Shown here in pieces: positions 61,503-64,000 of a stretch of DNA of 64,000 nucleotides. How positions within the stretch are numbered: position 1 is the first letter of the stretch; each line of letters opens with the position of its first letter. Origin of the DNA: Lingula anatina (Eukaryota > Animalia > Brachiopoda); the NCBI GenBank assembly GCA_051362555.1, contig CM120647.1:2728001-2792000 (forward strand). Reading direction: 5' to 3'. A program made the translations under genes and the position numbers. Under the pieces are notes generated by a model. The model ran no database searches. It saw only the letters and a program-made list of their open reading frames with translations, and had not been told where the DNA came from.

Positions 61503-63748
61503 TTAGTTTTTTAAAAACCAAGCTATGCAGACGGAAGTTTTGTGTAAGAAACAAACAAATAACAACCCACATATGTACATTAACTACGATAATTGTCACC
61601 AAACTTTCCCTGTGCCAGCCTAGCCATAGTGCAAAACGACTTACTCCACCTAGCTAGCAGGCGTAAATTTACGACAAAGTTAAGACCGACGTAAACACTA
61701 TTCCAGTTTGGTGCAACTGGCTTTTCTCGGGCGTAGCATTTTGCGCCCGGTTTACGCCGGCGCAACTGCTACGCCTCACTTACGACCGGTTGGTGCAACC
61801 GGGCCCTGACCTCTACTTTGATCCCTACTGTACTATTACTTTCACACATCTGTGCGCTCAGTGCTTTCAATAGATGTGCTGTTAGCCAATCAAATCAAAC
61901 TTTGTGGCTGAGATGTCTTATAGTTTAGTGGTCATTTAGCAAGCCCTTTAAAGCACACGGAAATTGTGAGCAACTTTTAGCTCAACACCTAGGCCTTGGT
62001 GGGTATGTTTGGGGCAAAGAAAGCAAGGGAGTGTAGTTACTTTTTACACTTATCATTTTGTACTGTGTGTTTGAAGTACCAAGTTGAACCTTCTCAACAT
62101 TAATATTTTTTGGCTTAGGAGTTCAACCCTTTTGTAATTATTAGAAAATGGCTTACTAATACTGAAGGTTGGTGGTTTGTTTTAAATAGCTTCTGTCACA
62201 CACACACACACACACACACATGCACACGCACAGGCACACAATCCAGTGACATCTGTTAACATGCTGTTCTGTTTCCAGACTAGGCTTACTGTTTGTAGTG
62301 AACAATGAGAAGGAAGTGGATGGAGAACAGGATGCAGGTGTCGCCCTCTACAGGGCTTTCAACTTTGTGAAAACAGCCAACACTGTGTCTGCTGCTCTTT
62401 CTTTTCTTACTGATGTAAGTGACTGATACTTATAAAACTGCTAGTTCCAGGAACTAAGCTTTTTCATACCTTGATTGAATTCTTTTCAAGTGCTCTGGTA
62501 GCTGTACAACTGATGAAGATAAGGGGCAATCTAAGGGATAGTCACTGCAACATATAGCATGTTACTGGGGTAAAACTTACGTTTACATTTGTGTCACTAG
62601 ATACTTGATCAATCAGATCTTGATACTGACAGAGATGTGTTGATTTTTATGCATATTGTGGTAGCATACTGAAAATGTAGCTCAATTTTATGTAGTTGCA
62701 TTTGGCATTTCAATTCAGTGGACATTACAGAGCTCTTTGAAATAAATTGATGAAATTGACAAAGCCTGCCGGTGTTACCATCTGATTGATTTGATTTAAT
62801 TTACTTTCTGGTGTCGTTTTGAGAAAGTATATTGGAAATGTTCTGTTGATTGTATGTATTTAAAGGTAAATCCATCAGACTTTCCTTTGAATAACATTTA
62901 TTTTGCTTTTATTATAAGGGGATTCCCTAAGTATTTATAGTGTTATATGTGGCCTCAAAGGAATTTCTGCCCCTCCCCTATTTTGATAAGGAACACACTC
63001 TTCTTGGCTAATGTCAGTGTTACTACAGAATGCATTTGAAAACGTAGGAAGGTTTATTTCAGATAATTCATATCAGAAAATCCGTGTTCACATGCGAAAT
63101 TAACCAACATAAGGTGATAGATTTGCACTGCCGGTGTATGACCGACAGATTTAATATCTCGAAAGGGAGGTGCCTCATAAAAATGAGAAGTTTTGTTATA
63201 AAATCTCCAATCAGCGAAATCAAAATATATCTTAGTTATTGTTGTAATCTTATGTTATAATAAATACAATCTCATCATAAAAAAACCTGATGTTCTTGGA
63301 CTATTTATTAGCTAAATTGATATTTTTAGAATTTGGAGGCTAAAAACACCAGAGTTGTCTGGTTCTCATATTGAGGCACTACATATTGTTCATGTGCTTA
63401 GCAACATAGAAATGTGGAACCTGGCATGGTACTTGATATTGACAACAGAAATCTCTATTTTATAACTCTATACGTTATAGTATCAATGTAATTATACATT
63501 GTCATCAGTATGAGTTTTTCTTTCCTTTACAAATCATTTGTTGGACTATATGAGCATGAACTGATAGCCCTGGGTGGTCTAAAGGGTAGTGAAGATGTTC
63601 CTATATTATCTGTTGTCAGGTGTTTGATAAGGTCCAGGCTGGAGATTTGACAGCAGACCAAGTGGTTGCAGAATTCAGGTCACAGTATCAAGATGAGGAT
63701 GTCAACATGGTGTTTTCTTCAGACTCAGATTATGATGATGGTAGAATA
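34888..63748 (+). CDS. UGGT: UDP-glucose:glycoprotein glucosyltransferase, N-terminal about 595 aa in 17 exons; continues beyond the window
   Basis: All exons are GT-AG and phase-compatible (1785 nt). Signal peptide plus family motifs LDAKW..TPL.LETSEFLA, GYGVELAIKSTEYKAKDD, PLKVWQLQDLSFQ, SQNFP, INDLEKD.RY..W, LRPTFPGMLR. Confidence 0.95.
36435..36559 (+). CDS. UGGT: UGGT exon 2
   Basis: AGLVLLVILVLHACSEVDAKSKFVSVSLDAKWESTPLMLET. Confidence 0.92.
37501..37586 (+). CDS. UGGT: UGGT exon 3
   Basis: EFLAKESNAMFWAFVDTVAEANTADMQD. Confidence 0.92.
38382..39324 (+). mobile_element. Family B element, right-arm specific
   Basis: Same termini as 15388-17481; empty site CCATTTAAT^GAAAACCAT in the left arm near 9960-9980, with no TSD. 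Confidence 0.7.
39457..39571. repeat. Long hairpin (fold-back) repeat
   Basis: About 49-bp arms AGATAAAG..GATAATTG / CAATTATC..CTTTATCT around GCGAGGCGAAGCCGAGA. Confidence 0.75.
40345..40478 (+). CDS. UGGT: UGGT exon 4
   Basis: EPKEVYEMILSIAEKLIPSKLQLGLLKFSLSLRSYSPAVEMHNQ. Confidence 0.93.
41340..41452 (+). CDS. UGGT: UGGT exon 5
   Basis: VAKDNNPPRDCDTFVDVQGKVTCDSKEMKRLINSATQ, with the conserved Cys pair. Confidence 0.9.
41618..43217 (+). mobile_element. Non-autonomous TIR DNA transposon with a degenerate THAP domain
   Basis: 21-bp TIR TATTGACCCTTTTCATCTTTT; 41712-41925 translates with frameshifts to MPGFTCCV..YNNSKRD..YKFP..W..NIGRK..RVCAEHF. Confidence 0.75.
44386..44560 (+). CDS. UGGT: UGGT exon 6
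   Basis: AMPELYPFDHHF..PVVILYTELGT..FHGELKKLAKRGMVDYVLRHFVK. Confidence 0.94.
44907..45885 (+). mobile_element. Family B element
   Basis: 5' TTATTGTACCACCAG..CTGGCGGTAC; 3' CTGGTGGTACAAT, hairpin, CTGGT; internal TGACCTTGA repeats. Confidence 0.7.
46091..46187 (+). CDS. UGGT: UGGT exon 7
   Basis: EPSEEKVRLAGYGVELAIKSTEYKAKDDTKMQ. Confidence 0.96.
46551..46945 (+). mobile_element. Two tandem family A heads with partial 161-bp units
   Basis: TTTTTATGTACAGACACAGATGTGTCT at about 46553 and 46734. Confidence 0.65.
47140..48030 (+). pseudogene. Degenerate LINE ORF1p-like (coiled coil plus RRM-like) coding remnant
   Basis: Coiled-coil fragments followed by NNVKVYGV..E..INATYRIPG..RPRPIIIK..K..IMKKRK..VHVADNIT..N; several stops and frameshifts; no RT seen nearby. 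Confidence 0.62.
48926..51100 (+). mobile_element. Family B element interrupted by a TIR element
   Basis: Family B head at 48926-48985; family B body resumes at 50537 (CTTCTCCTCCTAGAC...). Confidence 0.6.
49010..50536. mobile_element. hAT-like non-autonomous element
   Basis: TIR CAGTGTTCCCGAAAAA / TTTTTCTGGAACACTG, flanks TATTGC / TACTGC. Confidence 0.68.
51140..51625 (+). mobile_element. Family A 3' fragment
   Basis: Ends TGTCTGTACATTTGACAGCTTTGTTGCCTTGT, the reverse complement of 2960-2995. Confidence 0.62.
52215..52290 (+). CDS. UGGT: UGGT exon 8
   Basis: GEDEEDDLEDDEGKDVQGIVFSSL. Confidence 0.9.
53625..53725 (+). CDS. UGGT: UGGT exon 9
   Basis: MKHPDLKEKLKEFKKHLMMSSNELSPLKVWQLQ. Confidence 0.95.
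54989..55137. mobile_element. PIF/Harbinger-like MITE
   Basis: About 30-bp TIR GGCCCCGTAACTCGAAAG.ATCACG.ATTGC with TTG on both sides. Confidence 0.68.
55497..55596 (+). CDS. UGGT: UGGT exon 10
   Basis: LSFQTAEKVLSSADEDMLETLQDLSQNFPSRA. Confidence 0.94.
56044..56104 (+). CDS. UGGT: UGGT exon 11
   Basis: SLAKVSVKDDMRKEVKQNQK. Confidence 0.9.
56927..57082 (+). CDS. UGGT: UGGT exon 12
   Basis: YFEQYLNILPGESALFFNGLQYDLDISDVFTLLDTLRADAKIMEGLYSMGIK. Confidence 0.95.
57532..57618 (+). CDS. UGGT: UGGT exon 13
   Basis: GESLSSLLKLDLKETGTSYAVDIRNGPIQ. Confidence 0.92.
57760..57995. mobile_element. Fold-back MITE, hAT-like termini
   Basis: CAGGCCTTA..ATGGATTA / TAATCCAT..TAAGGCCTG with long imperfect arms; flanks GATGA / GATGG. 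Confidence 0.68.
58245..58364 (+). CDS. UGGT: UGGT exon 14
   Basis: YINDLEKDRRYQQWPSSVQDMLRPTFPGMLRHVAKNFFTM. Confidence 0.96.
59415..59675 (+). repeat. G-rich 19-bp minisatellite
   Basis: About 13 units of GGGGTACCAGGGGGAGAGA and variants. Confidence 0.9.
60561..60646 (+). CDS. UGGT: UGGT exon 15
   Basis: VFMVDPSQPDARDLLKMAESFYVHNAPI. Confidence 0.93.
60688..61805. mobile_element. PIF/Harbinger-like non-autonomous element
   Basis: TIR GGCCCGGTTGCACCAAC, CTG TSD at 60685-60687 and 61806-61808, subterminal TTGCACCA and TTACG repeats. Confidence 0.8.
62279..62414 (+). CDS. UGGT: UGGT exon 16
   Basis: LGLLFVVNNEKEVDGEQDAGVALYRAFNFVKTANTVSAALSFLTD. Confidence 0.94.
63620..63748 (+). CDS. UGGT: UGGT exon 17
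   Basis: VFDKVQAGDLTADQVVAEFRSQYQDEDVNMVFSSDSDYDDGRI. Confidence 0.92.
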
Positions 63749-64000
63749 GTAAGTAGAGTGCTGTATATGCTCACACCTTATACCTAGATAGTCAGTATGA
63801 CATCAACATATTGTGACAGTCAAAATTATGACATAGAACAAACAAATATTAGGTAGCACATCGCTGTGCACAGAGAAACTGTAGGAAATTGACTGCTCAC
63901 TACTTTTGCATTCTTAGCCCATTACCTGAAAGTGATAATGGGAGAAAGGAATGCAAGCAAGTGCATTAGAAACTGTTATGTTTTCTGTGAATTGTTTATG

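Overview
Repeat-rich, AT-rich animal (invertebrate-like) genomic DNA; the ORF track is mostly spurious because genes here are spliced. The one supportable protein-coding gene is UDP-glucose:glycoprotein glucosyltransferase (UGGT) on the + strand: 17 GT-AG exons from ATG 34888 to 63748 join in frame to about 595 aa and continue beyond the window. The left 40 kb is a large imperfect palindrome (about 2108-28755 vs 28756-40564). A minus-strand copy of the UGGT promoter and exons 1-4, frameshifted in exon 2, faces away from the intact gene. Between the two promoters lies a 13.5 kb symmetric core: two inward-pointing arrays holding 15 tRNA-derived units (A box, B box, T5) flank a purine/pyrimidine-asymmetric satellite whose strand flips at about 28755. 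Introns carry three non-autonomous Helentron/HINE-like families, several TIR elements, a THAP remnant, a LINE ORF1-like remnant, and a Penelope-like remnant with two hammerhead-ribozyme motifs. Everything was read by eye; family names come from recalled motifs, not database searches.
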